The translations under genes and the position numbers were made by a program. Below are positions 50,556 through 59,996 of a stretch of DNA of 64,000 nucleotides, in pieces. Position 1 is the stretch's first letter. Each line of letters starts with the position of its first letter. The DNA is from Dongiaceae bacterium (GTDB taxonomy: Bacteria; Pseudomonadota; Alphaproteobacteria; Dongiales; Dongiaceae). The stretch covers positions 13,301-77,300 of the forward strand of contig JBBECF010000157.1 in assembly GCA_040881945.1 (NCBI GenBank), read 5' to 3'. The notes under the pieces were generated by a model. That model searched no databases and was not told the origin of the DNA. It saw only the letters and a list, made by a program, of their open reading frames with translations.

Positions 50556-51965
50556 ATGCCCGACGTCAAGAAAGTCCTTTCGATGATCAAGGAACACGAC
50601 GTGAAGTACGTCGATTTCCGCCTCACCGACCCGCGCGGCAAATGGCAGCACATCGCCCTGTCGGTGCAGGCCATCGACGAGTCGGTGCTGAACGAGGGCG
50701 TCATGTTCGACGGATCGTCGATCGCCGGCTGGAAGGCGATCAACGAATCGGACATGCTGCTGATGCCCGACTGCGCGACCGCGGTCATGGACCCGTTCGC
50801 GGCGCAGCCCACGCTGATCGTCTTTTGCGACGTGCTCGAGCCGCTGACCGGCCAGAACTACAGCCGCGACCCGCGTTCGGTGGCGAAGAACGCCGAGGCC
50901 CACCTGAAGAGCACGCGCATCGGCGACACCGCCTTCTTCGGGCCGGAGGCCGAGTTCTTCGTGTTCGACGACGTGCGCTTCGAGGTGTCGATGAACCGCA
51001 GCTTCTTCGAGTTCGAGTCCGACGAGGGGCCGTACAGCTCGGGCAAGAAGTACGACGAGGGCAACCACGGCCACCGGCCGCCCGTCAAGGGCGGCTATTT
51101 TCCGGTGCCGCCGGTCGATTCCGGCAACGACCTGCGTGCCGAGATGGTCACGGTGATGGCCGACATGGGCGTCGAGGTCGAGAAGCACCACCATGAGGTG
51201 GCGCCGAGCCAGCACGAGCTGGGCATCAAGTTCAACCACCTCGTGAAATGCGCCGACAACATGCAGATCTACAAATACGTGGTGCACAACGTCGCCCACT
51301 CCTACGGCAAGACGGCGACCTTCATGCCGAAGCCGGTGAAGGGCGACAACGGCTCGGGCATGCACGTGCACCAATCGATCTGGAAGGGCGGCCAGCCGTT
51401 GTTCGCCGGCAGCGGTTATGCCGACCTGTCGGAAATGGCGCTCTACTACATCGGCGGCATCATCCGCCATGCCAAGGCGCTCAACGCCTTCACCAGCCCG
51501 ACGACGAACAGCTACAAGCGGCTGGTCCCCGGCTTCGAGGCGCCGGTGCTGCTCGCCTATTCGGCGCGCAACCGTTCGGCCGCCTGCCGCATCCCCTACG
51601 TGGCCTCGCCCAAGGGCAAGCGCGTCGAGGTGCGCTTTCCCGATCCCTCGGCCAACCCCTATCTCGCCTTCGCCGCCATGCTGATGGCCGGCCTCGACGG
51701 CATCGAGAACCGCATCCACCCCGGCGACCCGATGGACAAGAATCTCTACGACCTGCCGCCGGAGGAGCTGAAGGAGGTGCCGACGGTGTGCGGCTCCTTG
51801 CGCGAGGCGCTGGACTCGCTCGCCGCCGACAACGCGTTCCTGAAGAAGGGCGACGTCTTCACCGACGACCTGATCGACAGCTACATGGAGCTGAAGTGGC
51901 AGGAGGTGTACGAGTACGAGCAGACCCCGCACCCGCTCGAGTTCAAGATGTACTACAGCGTGTAG
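50556..51965 (+). CDS. glnA: Glutamine synthetase type I
   Basis: [39 protein letters not shown] and [13 protein letters not shown], with an adenylylation-site region NLYDLPPEE. The ATG has GAGGAA 7 nt upstream. Confidence 0.95.
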   Translation: MPDVKKVLSMIKEHDVKYVDFRLTDPRGKWQHIALSVQAIDESVLNEGVMFDGSSIAGWKAINESDMLLMPDCATAVMDPFAAQPTLIVFCDVLEPLTGQNYSRDPRSVAKNAEAHLKSTRIGDTAFFGPEAEFFVFDDVRFEVSMNRSFFEFESDEGPYSSGKKYDEGNHGHRPPVKGGYFPVPPVDSGNDLRAEMVTVMADMGVEVEKHHHEVAPSQHELGIKFNHLVKCADNMQIYKYVVHNVAHSYGKTATFMPKPVKGDNGSGMHVHQSIWKGGQPLFAGSGYADLSEMALYYIGGIIRHAKALNAFTSPTTNSYKRLVPGFEAPVLLAYSARNRSAACRIPYVASPKGKRVEVRFPDPSANPYLAFAAMLMAGLDGIENRIHPGDPMDKNLYDLPPEELKEVPTVCGSLREALDSLAADNAFLKKGDVFTDDLIDSYMELKWQEVYEYEQTPHPLEFKMYYSV

Positions 51966-51987
51966 GGGGCGCCGGGCGCCCGGCCGC

Positions 51988-52683
51988 TCAGCCGCCGCAG
52001 TCGTAGGCGTGGTCGCCGGCCGGCCGGGCGGCGGGGCACGCCAGGTCGATCGTGACGCCCTCGACGTCGCGGTTGGCGCTGGCGTAGCTGCACGACACGC
52101 CGTCGCCACGGGCCGTCGAATCGGCAAGCGACAACGCGACCGTGGCGGTGCGCGCCCGCCGCGCGGCCGGCGCCGACGCGGTCACCGTCGCGTCGAGGCT
52201 GGCCGGGCAGACGACGCGGATCGCCGCGGCGCGCCCCCCGGGCGCCTGCCCCGCCCCCGCCTCGATGACCCGCAGGGTGACTTGGCCGATGTTGTTGTCG
52301 AGGTCGTCCTCGAGGATCTCGCGACGCTGGTCGAGCTCGCAGGAGATGCGCCGTTCGCCGAGCGCGTCGGCGCGCCAGTTGAACTGATAGCTGTAGCGCC
52401 CGTCGCGCGGCAGGCCGCGGAACTCCGACACCGCCCGACCGTCGACCTTGATTTCGCCGCGCCAGGTGCGCAGGGGCCGGGTCAGGATATCGCCCTCGAC
52501 CACCCGATAGTTGCATTGGATGTTGACGTACTCGCCGAACGGCGTCTCGTCCACCGGCCGGCGGTCGCGCAGCGCCGCCACCGCCGTGACCGACAGGTCG
52601 TGCTTGGTTTGCGCCACGGCCGGCAAGCTGCCGATGGCGGCCGCGAGGGCAAGGAAGACGAGGCCGGCGATCGCTCGTTGCAT
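51988..52683 (-). CDS. Secreted hypothetical protein, Cys-containing
   Basis: The internal ATG 52683 gives the signal peptide MQRAIAGLVFLALAAAIGSLPAVAQT. The upstream part of the track ORF is Arg-rich junk. Confidence 0.55.
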   Translation of the reverse strand: MQRAIAGLVFLALAAAIGSLPAVAQTKHDLSVTAVAALRDRRPVDETPFGEYVNIQCNYRVVEGDILTRPLRTWRGEIKVDGRAVSEFRGLPRDGRYSYQFNWRADALGERRISCELDQRREILEDDLDNNIGQVTLRVIEAGAGQAPGGRAAAIRVVCPASLDATVTASAPAARRARTATVALSLADSTARGDGVSCSYASANRDVEGVTIDLACPAARPAGDHAYDCGG

Positions 52684-52757
52684 GGTGGCGCCTTGGCTAG
52701 GATGGGCTGCGGCGCGCCGCGCCGTCGCCACGATTTGGCGTGCGCGTCGCCGGGCCG

Positions 52758-53180
52758 TCAAGCCTTGCCGGCGGAAGCCCCGCCGCCGGGCGCGGGCTTG
52801 GGCAGCGGCCGCGGGCGCCCGTCCGGGCCGAGCGCGACATAGGTGAACACGCCTTCGGTCACCCGCTCGGCGGCGCCGTCGGCGCGGCGCTCGACCCAGG
52901 TCTCGACGTCCACGGTCAGCGACGTGCGCCCGCTGCGGACCAGCCGCGCGTAGCAGCTCACCAGGTCGCCGATAAAAACCGGCCGGTGGAAGCTCATGGC
53001 GTCGACCGCCACGGTGGCGACCCGACCGCGCGCCCGGCGCACCGCCTCGACGCTGCCGGCGAGATCCATCTGGGCCATCAGCCAGCCGCCGAAGATGTCG
53101 CCGTTCGGGTTGGCGTCGGCGGGCATGGCGATGGTCCGCAAGGCCGGCTCGCGGCCGGCGGGCGGAGCGGCGGACGGCAT
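52758..53180 (-). CDS. Acyl-CoA thioesterase (YciA-like hotdog fold)
   Basis: LRTIAMPADANPNGDIFGGWLMAQMDLAG closely follows the E. coli YciA N-terminus as I recall it. The start is uncertain (53180 or 53231). Confidence 0.8.
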   Translation of the reverse strand: MPSAAPPAGREPALRTIAMPADANPNGDIFGGWLMAQMDLAGSVEAVRRARGRVATVAVDAMSFHRPVFIGDLVSCYARLVRSGRTSLTVDVETWVERRADGAAERVTEGVFTYVALGPDGRPRPLPKPAPGGGASAGKA

Positions 53181-53290
53181 CTTTACGTTCCCCGGGACTC
53201 GCAATATGTAGTAAGGACTGTCGCCGACCATACAGCATGAAGGCCGGCCGCGCGCAAGTCTCGCGGCGCCGCCCCAGATAAACGTGGCCG

Positions 53291-55270
53291 ATGCCCGACC
53301 TGTTCGATGACCTCGAGCGCAAGTCCGCCGACTACACCGCCAAGGACATCGAGGTCCTGGAAGGCCTCGAGCCCGTGCGCCGCCGCCCCGCCATGTTTAT
53401 CGGCGGCACCGACGAGCGGGCGCTGCACCACCTCGTCGCCGAGCTCCTGGACAACGCCATGGACGAGGCCGTGGCCGGCCACGCCACCCGCATCGAGCTC
53501 GAGCTCGACGCCGAGGGCTTCGTCACCGTGCGCGACAACGGCCGCGGCATTCCGGTCGAGCCGCACCCGAAGTTCAAGGACAAGTCGGCCCTCCAGGTGA
53601 TCCTGACGACGCTCCATTCGGGCGGCAAGTTCGGCGGCAAGGCCTATGTGACGTCGGGCGGGCTGCACGGCGTCGGGCTGTCCGTGGTCAACGCGCTCGC
53701 CGACCATCTGAGCGTCGAGACGGTGCGCGACCGCCAGCTCTACGTCCAGGCCTACGCCCGCGGCAAGCCCGCATCGAAACTGCGCAAGCAGGGCGCCGCG
53801 GCCAAGCGGCGCGGCACCGCGGTGCGCTTCCATCCCGACCCGGAGATCTTCCCGGCCGGAACCGCCTTCCGGCCCGAGCGGATGTACCGCATGGCGCGGT
53901 CGAAGGCCTATCTGTTCCGCGGCGTCGAGATCCGCTGGAGCTGCGACCCGAAACTGATCGGCGCTGGCGACGCGACCCCGGCGCGCGAGACACTGCACTT
54001 TCCCGGCGGCCTTTTGGATTTCCTCAATGCCAGCCTGGAGGGCCGCGAAACCGTCACCGCGACACCTTTTTTCGGCGAAGCGGCCTTTCCCGACGGCAGC
54101 GGCCGGGTCGAATGGGCGATGAGCTGGCCGGCCGACGGCGACGGCTTTCTCAACTCCTATTGCAACACCATTCCGACGCCTGAGGGCGGCACGCACGAGG
54201 CGGGTCTGCGCGCCGGCTTGTCCCGCTCGCTCAAGGCCTATGGCGAGCTCGTCGGCAACCGCAAGGCGGCGCAGGTCACCGCCGAGGATATCGCCGGCGG
54301 CGCCTGCGTGTTGTTGTCGCTGTTCCTGCGCGACCCGCAGTTCCAGGGGCAGACCAAGGAGCGGCTGGCGTCGTCCGAGGCGGCGCGGCTCGTCGAGGCG
54401 TCGATCAAGGACCACTTCGACCACTGGCTGTCGGGCGACCCGGAGCAGGCGGCCCGGCTGCTGGAGCGGGTGGTCGAGCGCGCCGAGGACCGGCTGCGCC
54501 GGCGCCAGGACAAGGAGGCCGAGCGCAAGACGGCGACGCGCAAGCTGCGCCTGCCCGGCAAGCTCGCCGATTGCAGCCGCGCCGGGGCGGTCGGTACCGA
54601 GCTGTTCCTGGTCGAAGGCGATTCGGCCGGCGGCTCGGCCAAGCAGGCGCGCGACCGCGCGACCCAGGCCGTCCTGCCCCTGCGCGGCAAGATCCTCAAC
54701 GTCGCCAGCGCCTCGGCCGACCGGCTGCGCGACAACCAGGAGCTGGCCGACCTGGTGCAGGCGCTCGGCTGCGGCACGCGCGACAAGTACAGCGACGACA
54801 AGCTGCGCTACGAGCGCATCGTCATCATGACCGACGCCGACGTCGACGGCGCCCACATCGCCTCGCTGCTGATGACCTTCTTCTATCGCGAGATGCCGGG
54901 CCTGATCGAGAACGGCCACCTCTACCTCGCCTTGCCGCCGCTCTATCGCATCAGCCAGGGCGGCCAGTCGGCCTACGCCCGCGACGACGCGCACAAGGAC
55001 GAGCTGCTGGCCACGGTCTTCAAGGGCCGCGGCAAGGTCGAGATCAGCCGCTTCAAGGGCCTCGGCGAAATGCCGGCGGCGCAGCTCCGCGACACCGCCA
55101 TGGCGCCGGGCAAGCGCACGCTGTTGCGCGTCGTCGTCCCGGGCCGCGGCGACCGCGCCGAGACCAAGGCGACCGCCGAGCTGGTCGAGAGCCTGATGGG
55201 GCGCAAGCCCGAACTGCGCTTCGCCTACATCCAGGAAAACGCCCGCTTCGTCCGCGACCTCGATGTCTGA
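53291..55270 (+). CDS. parE: DNA topoisomerase IV subunit B
   Basis: 659 aa with LEGLEPVRRRPAMFIGGT, the GHKL ATPase motifs, and Toprim EGDSAGGSA and IMTDADVDGAHI. Its size lacks the GyrB insert. Confidence 0.88.
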   Translation: MPDLFDDLERKSADYTAKDIEVLEGLEPVRRRPAMFIGGTDERALHHLVAELLDNAMDEAVAGHATRIELELDAEGFVTVRDNGRGIPVEPHPKFKDKSALQVILTTLHSGGKFGGKAYVTSGGLHGVGLSVVNALADHLSVETVRDRQLYVQAYARGKPASKLRKQGAAAKRRGTAVRFHPDPEIFPAGTAFRPERMYRMARSKAYLFRGVEIRWSCDPKLIGAGDATPARETLHFPGGLLDFLNASLEGRETVTATPFFGEAAFPDGSGRVEWAMSWPADGDGFLNSYCNTIPTPEGGTHEAGLRAGLSRSLKAYGELVGNRKAAQVTAEDIAGGACVLLSLFLRDPQFQGQTKERLASSEAARLVEASIKDHFDHWLSGDPEQAARLLERVVERAEDRLRRRQDKEAERKTATRKLRLPGKLADCSRAGAVGTELFLVEGDSAGGSAKQARDRATQAVLPLRGKILNVASASADRLRDNQELADLVQALGCGTRDKYSDDKLRYERIVIMTDADVDGAHIASLLMTFFYREMPGLIENGHLYLALPPLYRISQGGQSAYARDDAHKDELLATVFKGRGKVEISRFKGLGEMPAAQLRDTAMAPGKRTLLRVVVPGRGDRAETKATAELVESLMGRKPELRFAYIQENARFVRDLDV

Positions 55271-55272
55271 CA

Positions 55273-55346
55273 AAAAGGGGACATTCCTAATTATCCGACC
55301 TTACCCGCGGGCGAGGAATTCGGTAAAATTAGGAATGTCCCCTTTT
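55273..55346. repeat. Perfect 20-bp inverted repeat AAAAGGGGACATTCCTAATT / AATTAGGAATGTCCCCTTTT with 34-nt spacer
   Basis: Arms are at 55273-55292 and 55327-55346. The repeat starts 3 nt after the parE stop, and the right arm contains the ATG (55335) of the next gene. Confidence 0.9.
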
Positions 55347-55913
55347 CTTCTCCGCTTGCCGCTGATCCTCGCCGCCGCCATGACTCTGGCCGCCTGCGCC
55401 GCCGGGGGCAGCGTTGTGCATCGGGTCAAGCTCGACAGCGTCTACACCAAACAGGAAGTCGCCTACGCCATCGGCGGGCGCGACCTGCGCACCGAGATCC
55501 TCGGCAACCCCTTCGCCGTGCCACAAGCAGCGTTCGACGCGGCGGTGACGGCGGCGATGTACGGCGCCCATTTCGGTCGGCCCGCCAACTTTACGACGAC
55601 GCCGTCGGACTCGGCGCTTCACCCCTATCGGGTGCGGCTGGTGTTCAACGGCCCGGCCGCCGGCAACGGCACCGCGCTGTGCGCCGGCCGGCCCGAATCG
55701 GCGGCGCCGTCGCCGGAAGGCGGCAAGGTCCGGCTCCTCGCCGCCTTCTGTCGGGCCGATCGGGCGTTCAGCTTCCTCTCGGCCGCCGCCGAGGGGATCG
55801 ACGGCCCCGACGATCCCGGCTTCCGCGCCTTCATGCGCCAGGTCACCGTGCTGCTGTTCCCGCCGGTCGACGCGGAGCGCAACCGCGACCGCTGCCTCGT
55901 GCCGTTCTGCTAA
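55335..55913 (+). CDS. Putative lipoprotein
   Basis: MSPFLLRLPLILAAAMTLAAC has a lipobox LAAC. The start is uncertain because AGGA abuts the ATG directly. Confidence 0.55.
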   Translation: MSPFLLRLPLILAAAMTLAACAAGGSVVHRVKLDSVYTKQEVAYAIGGRDLRTEILGNPFAVPQAAFDAAVTAAMYGAHFGRPANFTTTPSDSALHPYRVRLVFNGPAAGNGTALCAGRPESAAPSPEGGKVRLLAAFCRADRAFSFLSAAAEGIDGPDDPGFRAFMRQVTVLLFPPVDAERNRDRCLVPFC

Positions 55914-56064
55914 CAAACGTTAACGCGACGGATGAACGAAACCCGGATTTCGATTGACTTTTCCAGGTCAATCGCCATATCCCCTGATGGGTCCGCGGCC
56001 GAGATCGTCGCCCGGCGGATATCCTTAATTTACGTTAATTGAATACGGGGCCACACCACATATC

Positions 56065-57534
56065 ATGAACTTTTCCGATCTCGGGCTCAGCCCCGAAGTC
56101 CTTCGCGCCGTCGAAGAAGCTGGCTACCGCCAACCCACGCCGATCCAGGAACAGGCCATTCCCGTCATGCTCATGGGGCGTGACGTGCTCGGCTGCGCCC
56201 AGACCGGCACCGGCAAGACCGCGGCCTTCGTCCTGCCGATGATCGAAATGCTGGCGGCCGGGCGGGCGCGGGTGCGCATGCCGCGCTCGCTGATCATCGA
56301 GCCGACGCGCGAACTGGCCGCGCAAGTGGCGCAAAACTTCGAAACCTACGGCAAGTATCACAAGCTCAGCATGGCGCTGCTGATCGGCGGCGAATCCTTC
56401 GTCGATCAGGAAAAGCGCCTCGACCGCGGCGTCGACGTGCTGATCGCCACGCCGGGACGCCTGCTCGACCTCTATGGCCGCGGCAAGATCCTGATGTCCG
56501 ACGTCAAGATCCTGGTCATCGACGAGTCCGACCGCATGCTCGACATGGGCTTCATCCCGGACGTCGAGCGGATCGTGGCGATGATCCCGAAGATCCGCCA
56601 GACCCTGATGTTCTCGGCCACCATGCCGCCCGAAATTCGCCGCCTGGCCGACGCCTTCCTGATGAATCCGAAGGAGATATCCGCGTCGCCGCCGGCGTCG
56701 CCGGCGGCCATGGTGACACAGGCGCTCGTCACCGTGGCGCCGACGGACAAGCGCGAGGCGCTGAGCCGCCTGATCCGTTCCGAAGACGTGAAGAACGCGC
56801 TCATCTTCTGCAACCGCAAGCGCGACGTCGATCTCCTGCATCGCGCGCTCGTGCGCAGCGGTTTCAGCGCCGCCGCGCTGCATGGCGACATGGCGCAGGC
56901 GGTGCGCGTCGCCACGCTCGACAGGTTCAAGCGCGGCGAGGTGACCCTGCTGGTGGCGAGCGACGTCGCCGCCCGCGGCCTCGACATCATCGCGCTCAGC
57001 CATGTCTTCAATTACGACGTGCCGATCCACGCCGAGGACTACATCCACCGCATCGGCCGCACCGGCCGGGCCGGGCGCGAGGGCCGTGCCTTCACCCTGG
57101 CGACGCCCGAGGACCGGAAATACGTCGATGCGATCGTGCGCCTGCTCGGCAAGGACATCCCGCGCGTCGAGATCGCCGACATGGCCGCGCCGGCCGAGAC
57201 GGAGGCCGAGCCGCGTCGGTCGCGCCGCGCGGCGCCGCACAAGCCGGCCGCCGCGAAATCCCGGCGCCCGCGCGACGGCCGCCGGCCGACCGAGGCGGCG
57301 GCGCCGGCGGCGGAACGGCCGGCGGCGAGCGAGCGGGCGGCGGAACGGCCGGCACCGCCGAGCCCGCGGGCGGCGGAACGGCCAGCGGCGGTGAGCCCGC
57401 GGACGCGCCGGGACACCGAAAAGAACGTCGATTCGGAACGCCTGGTCGTCGCCTTCGGCGACCACGTGCCCGACTTCCTGCGCCAGCGGGTCCGTCTGCC
57501 CGCCGCACCGGACAAGCCCGCCAAGATCGCCTGA
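56065..57534 (+). CDS. DEAD-box ATP-dependent RNA helicase (RhlE-like) with Arg/Pro-rich repeat tail
   Basis: Q-motif PTPIQ, AQTGTGKT, PTRELA, motif II reads DESD, then SAT, HGDM and HRIGRTGRAG. Confidence 0.9.
   Translation: MNFSDLGLSPEVLRAVEEAGYRQPTPIQEQAIPVMLMGRDVLGCAQTGTGKTAAFVLPMIEMLAAGRARVRMPRSLIIEPTRELAAQVAQNFETYGKYHKLSMALLIGGESFVDQEKRLDRGVDVLIATPGRLLDLYGRGKILMSDVKILVIDESDRMLDMGFIPDVERIVAMIPKIRQTLMFSATMPPEIRRLADAFLMNPKEISASPPASPAAMVTQALVTVAPTDKREALSRLIRSEDVKNALIFCNRKRDVDLLHRALVRSGFSAAALHGDMAQAVRVATLDRFKRGEVTLLVASDVAARGLDIIALSHVFNYDVPIHAEDYIHRIGRTGRAGREGRAFTLATPEDRKYVDAIVRLLGKDIPRVEIADMAAPAETEAEPRRSRRAAPHKPAAAKSRRPRDGRRPTEAAAPAAERPAASERAAERPAPPSPRAAERPAAVSPRTRRDTEKNVDSERLVVAFGDHVPDFLRQRVRLPAAPDKPAKIA
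57307..57402 (+). repeat. Three in-frame tandem units (30/33/33 nt) starting GCGGCGGAACGGCC, encoding AAERPA-type repeats in the helicase tail
   Basis: Unit starts are at 57307, 57337 and 57370. The protein reads AAERPAASER / AAERPAPPSPR / AAERPAAVSPR. Confidence 0.8.
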
Positions 57535-57537
57535 GCC

Positions 57538-57564
57538 AAAAAAGGGGACAGTCCCCATTTTTTT
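57538..57564 (+). terminator. Bidirectional-type intrinsic terminator AAAAAA-GGGGAC-A-GTCCCC-ATTTTTTT after the helicase gene
   Basis: 6-bp GC stem flanked by an A-run and a T-run, 4 nt after the stop codon. Confidence 0.7.
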
Positions 57565-57592
57565 GCACTTTAGACCAATGGCTTAGCCACTG

Positions 57593-57617
57593 AAAAAGGG
57601 GACTGTCCCCTTTTTTT
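57593..57617. terminator. Second copy, inverted: AAAAA-GGGGAC-T-GTCCCC-TTTTTTT
   Basis: Same stem as 57544-57556 in the opposite orientation. On the minus strand it follows the remnant ORF that ends at 57640. Confidence 0.6.
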
Positions 57618-57639
57618 GGGTCCCGGCCGCGGTGCTGTT

Positions 57640-57767
57640 TCAGTTGAACGTGTGGAGCTTGAGCTTCATGCCGCCGCCCACCTTCTCAAACACGTGGACG
57701 GCGATGCCGCCCCAGTCCTGATGTCGGCGACGGCCTCGTCGTCGCCCCCGAACCGCCGCCTTGCCAT
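57640..57767 (-). pseudogene. Frameshifted 3' remnant of an NTF2-like gene
   Basis: The ATG at 57767 gives MARRRFGGDDEAVADI. After a 1-nt frame change the reading continues QDWGGIAVHVFEKVGGGMKLKLHTFN*, a typical NTF2/DUF4440 C-terminal strand pattern (compare NVFVRERSGWKMVHHQ at 48057-48458). Confidence 0.3.
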
Positions 57768-57880
57768 TTGAGCCTCGCCGATCCAATGGTCACCGCGAGA
57801 GTGACCTCAACGCCCGGACCAATTCCTTAACTAAAACATCGGCAATCCCGGCGAAAATCCACGAACGCCGGCATTTCCGG

Positions 57881-59989
57881 CTAGCGCGCCCGCGGCACGA
57901 CCAGGGCGTCGAGGGCGACGCAGCCGTTGGCGCCCGCCAGGACCGGGTTCACGTCGACCTCGCCGAGCAGGCCGCGCAGATCCGCGACCATGACCGAGAA
58001 GCGCGCCAGCGCCTCGGCCAGCGCGTCCAGATCGGCGGGCGGCGCCCCGCGCCGGCCGTCGAGCAGCGGCCGCAGCTTCAGGCAGTCGAGCAGCCGGCGC
58101 GCCGCCGCCGCGTCGAACGGCGGCAGGGCGAAGCGCCGGTCGGCGAGCAGCTCGATCAGCACCCCGCCGGCCCCGACGATCACGAACGGCCCGAACTGGG
58201 CGTCGTCGAGCGCGCCGAAGGCGAGCTCGACCCCCGGCCCGGCCATCGCCATGACCAGAACGCGCGGGCCCAACCGACGCGCCAGGTCCTCATAGGCCGC
58301 CGCCACGGCCGCGGCGTCGCCGAGCCGCAAGCGGACCCCACCCCGGTCGGATTTGTGCAGCACGCCCGGCATGGCGGTTTTCACGGCCACGGGAAAGCCG
58401 ATCTCGCGGGCCGCCGCCAGCGCCGCCGCGGCGTCCTCGGCGACCCGGTGCGGCAGCACCGGAATCCCGTAATCGGCGAGCAGCGAAAGCCCCTCGGCCT
58501 CGTCGAGCGCGCCGCCGGCGCGTAACCGCGGCGCCCAACACGCACACACGCCGGCCGGCGCCGGCGGCGGCGACATCGGCGCCAGCGCCCGCCGGTCGCG
58601 GTATGCGAACGCGGCCCGGATCGCCGCGAGCGCGGCGTCGGCGCCGTTCAGCACCGGCACGCCCGCCCGCGTCAGCCGATCGGACAGGTCGTTGCTGCCG
58701 AGCGCGCCCAGGTTGGTGGCGACGATCACCGGCTTCTCCGTGCGCGCGGCGGCGGCCAGCATTGCCCGGCCGTAGCCTTCGCTCAGATAATAGCCGCTGC
58801 GCGGCTCGACGAAGAGCGCGCCGAGCGCGGCATCGGGGTCGGCGACGAGCGCGCTCATGCAGTCGGCGAAGATCGCCTCGAAGTCATGGCCCGTCCCCCA
58901 GGCGTCGAGCGGGTTGATCGGCTCGAGCCCGTAGTCGAGCCGCGCCGCCAGCTTCGCCGTCGTCGCGCCATCGATGCGGGCGAAGGGCACGCCGCGCGCC
59001 GCCGCCAGATCAACCAGCAGCTCGCGCTCGCCGCCCGAGTCGTGCATGCTGGCCAGCGCCCCGGCCGCCACCCGCCGCTTCTGGGCGAACAGCAGCAGGG
59101 CGTTGGCGAATTCGTCCAGGGTCTCGACCTCGATCGCGCCGTAGCGCTCGAACACGGCCTGGTGGGCGGCGTGGCTGCCGGCGACGGCGCCGGAATGGCT
59201 GAGGGCGAGCGCGGCGCTTTCCGGCGTGCGGCCGACCTTGAGCACGATGACGGGAACGTCGCGCGCCCTCGCCTTCTCCAGCCCGGCGACGAAGCCGGCG
59301 GGATCCCGCACCGCCTCGATGAACAGCCCGACGACGCGCGTCGTCGCCTGGTCGAGCGCGTAGTCGAGGTAATCGGCGGCGGTCGTCGCCAGTTCCTGCC
59401 CGGCGGAGACGACCAGGTTGTAGCGGAACCGCCGGTCGTTGTGCGCCAGCGCCGAGAACACCGATCCGGAATGGGTGATGAGCGTCATGCCGCCCGGCTC
59501 TAGCCAGTCGGGCGGCGGGAAGCCGCATATCCGCAGGTCGGCGTCGAGGTTATAGAATCCCATGCCGTTGGCGCCGCAAATCGGAATGCCGGCGGCGCGG
59601 GCCATGGCGCCGAGCCGTTGGGTCAGCGGCGGGTCGCCGTCGTCGGGCAGGTAGCAGCTCGCGAAGATGACGGCGGCGCGCGCCTTGTGCCGGATCGCCT
59701 CGGCGAGTTGCGCCTCGACGCGCGCGCTGGCGACGCCGATGACGGCCAGATCGACGGGCTCCGGCAGGTCGGCCAAGGACCGATGACACTTCATGCCCTC
59801 GATCTCGGCGTAGGTCGGGTTCACCAGATAGACGCGGCGCCGGGCGCTCAGCCGGACCGTGCCCTCGATCATCCCGCTCCCGACCGACCCCGGCTTCGGC
59901 GACGCGCCGATGAGGGCGATCGACCGCGGCGCCAGCAGCGCCGTCAGGCGATGGCCGGCGCCGGAGACCGCGGCCGCCGATGTCGTCAC
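57881..59989 (-). CDS. NDP-forming acyl-CoA synthetase (acetate--CoA ligase family: CoA-binding + ATP-grasp)
   Basis: 702 aa, GTG start. SIALIGASPKPGSVG is a CoA-binding Rossmann motif, followed by a succinyl-CoA-ligase-like middle and a C-terminal ATP-grasp (FPVAVKTAMPGVLHKSDRGGVRL). Confidence 0.8.
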   Translation of the reverse strand: MTTSAAAVSGAGHRLTALLAPRSIALIGASPKPGSVGSGMIEGTVRLSARRRVYLVNPTYAEIEGMKCHRSLADLPEPVDLAVIGVASARVEAQLAEAIRHKARAAVIFASCYLPDDGDPPLTQRLGAMARAAGIPICGANGMGFYNLDADLRICGFPPPDWLEPGGMTLITHSGSVFSALAHNDRRFRYNLVVSAGQELATTAADYLDYALDQATTRVVGLFIEAVRDPAGFVAGLEKARARDVPVIVLKVGRTPESAALALSHSGAVAGSHAAHQAVFERYGAIEVETLDEFANALLLFAQKRRVAAGALASMHDSGGERELLVDLAAARGVPFARIDGATTAKLAARLDYGLEPINPLDAWGTGHDFEAIFADCMSALVADPDAALGALFVEPRSGYYLSEGYGRAMLAAAARTEKPVIVATNLGALGSNDLSDRLTRAGVPVLNGADAALAAIRAAFAYRDRRALAPMSPPPAPAGVCACWAPRLRAGGALDEAEGLSLLADYGIPVLPHRVAEDAAAALAAAREIGFPVAVKTAMPGVLHKSDRGGVRLRLGDAAAVAAAYEDLARRLGPRVLVMAMAGPGVELAFGALDDAQFGPFVIVGAGGVLIELLADRRFALPPFDAAAARRLLDCLKLRPLLDGRRGAPPADLDALAEALARFSVMVADLRGLLGEVDVNPVLAGANGCVALDALVVPRAR

Positions 59990-59996
59990 GTCCGCC

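Noticed and set aside
56521-56532. Helicase motif II reads DESD instead of DEAD
   Set aside because: It still fits the DExD consensus, with both acidic catalytic residues present, and all other motifs are intact. On its own it is not evidence of inactivation or novelty.
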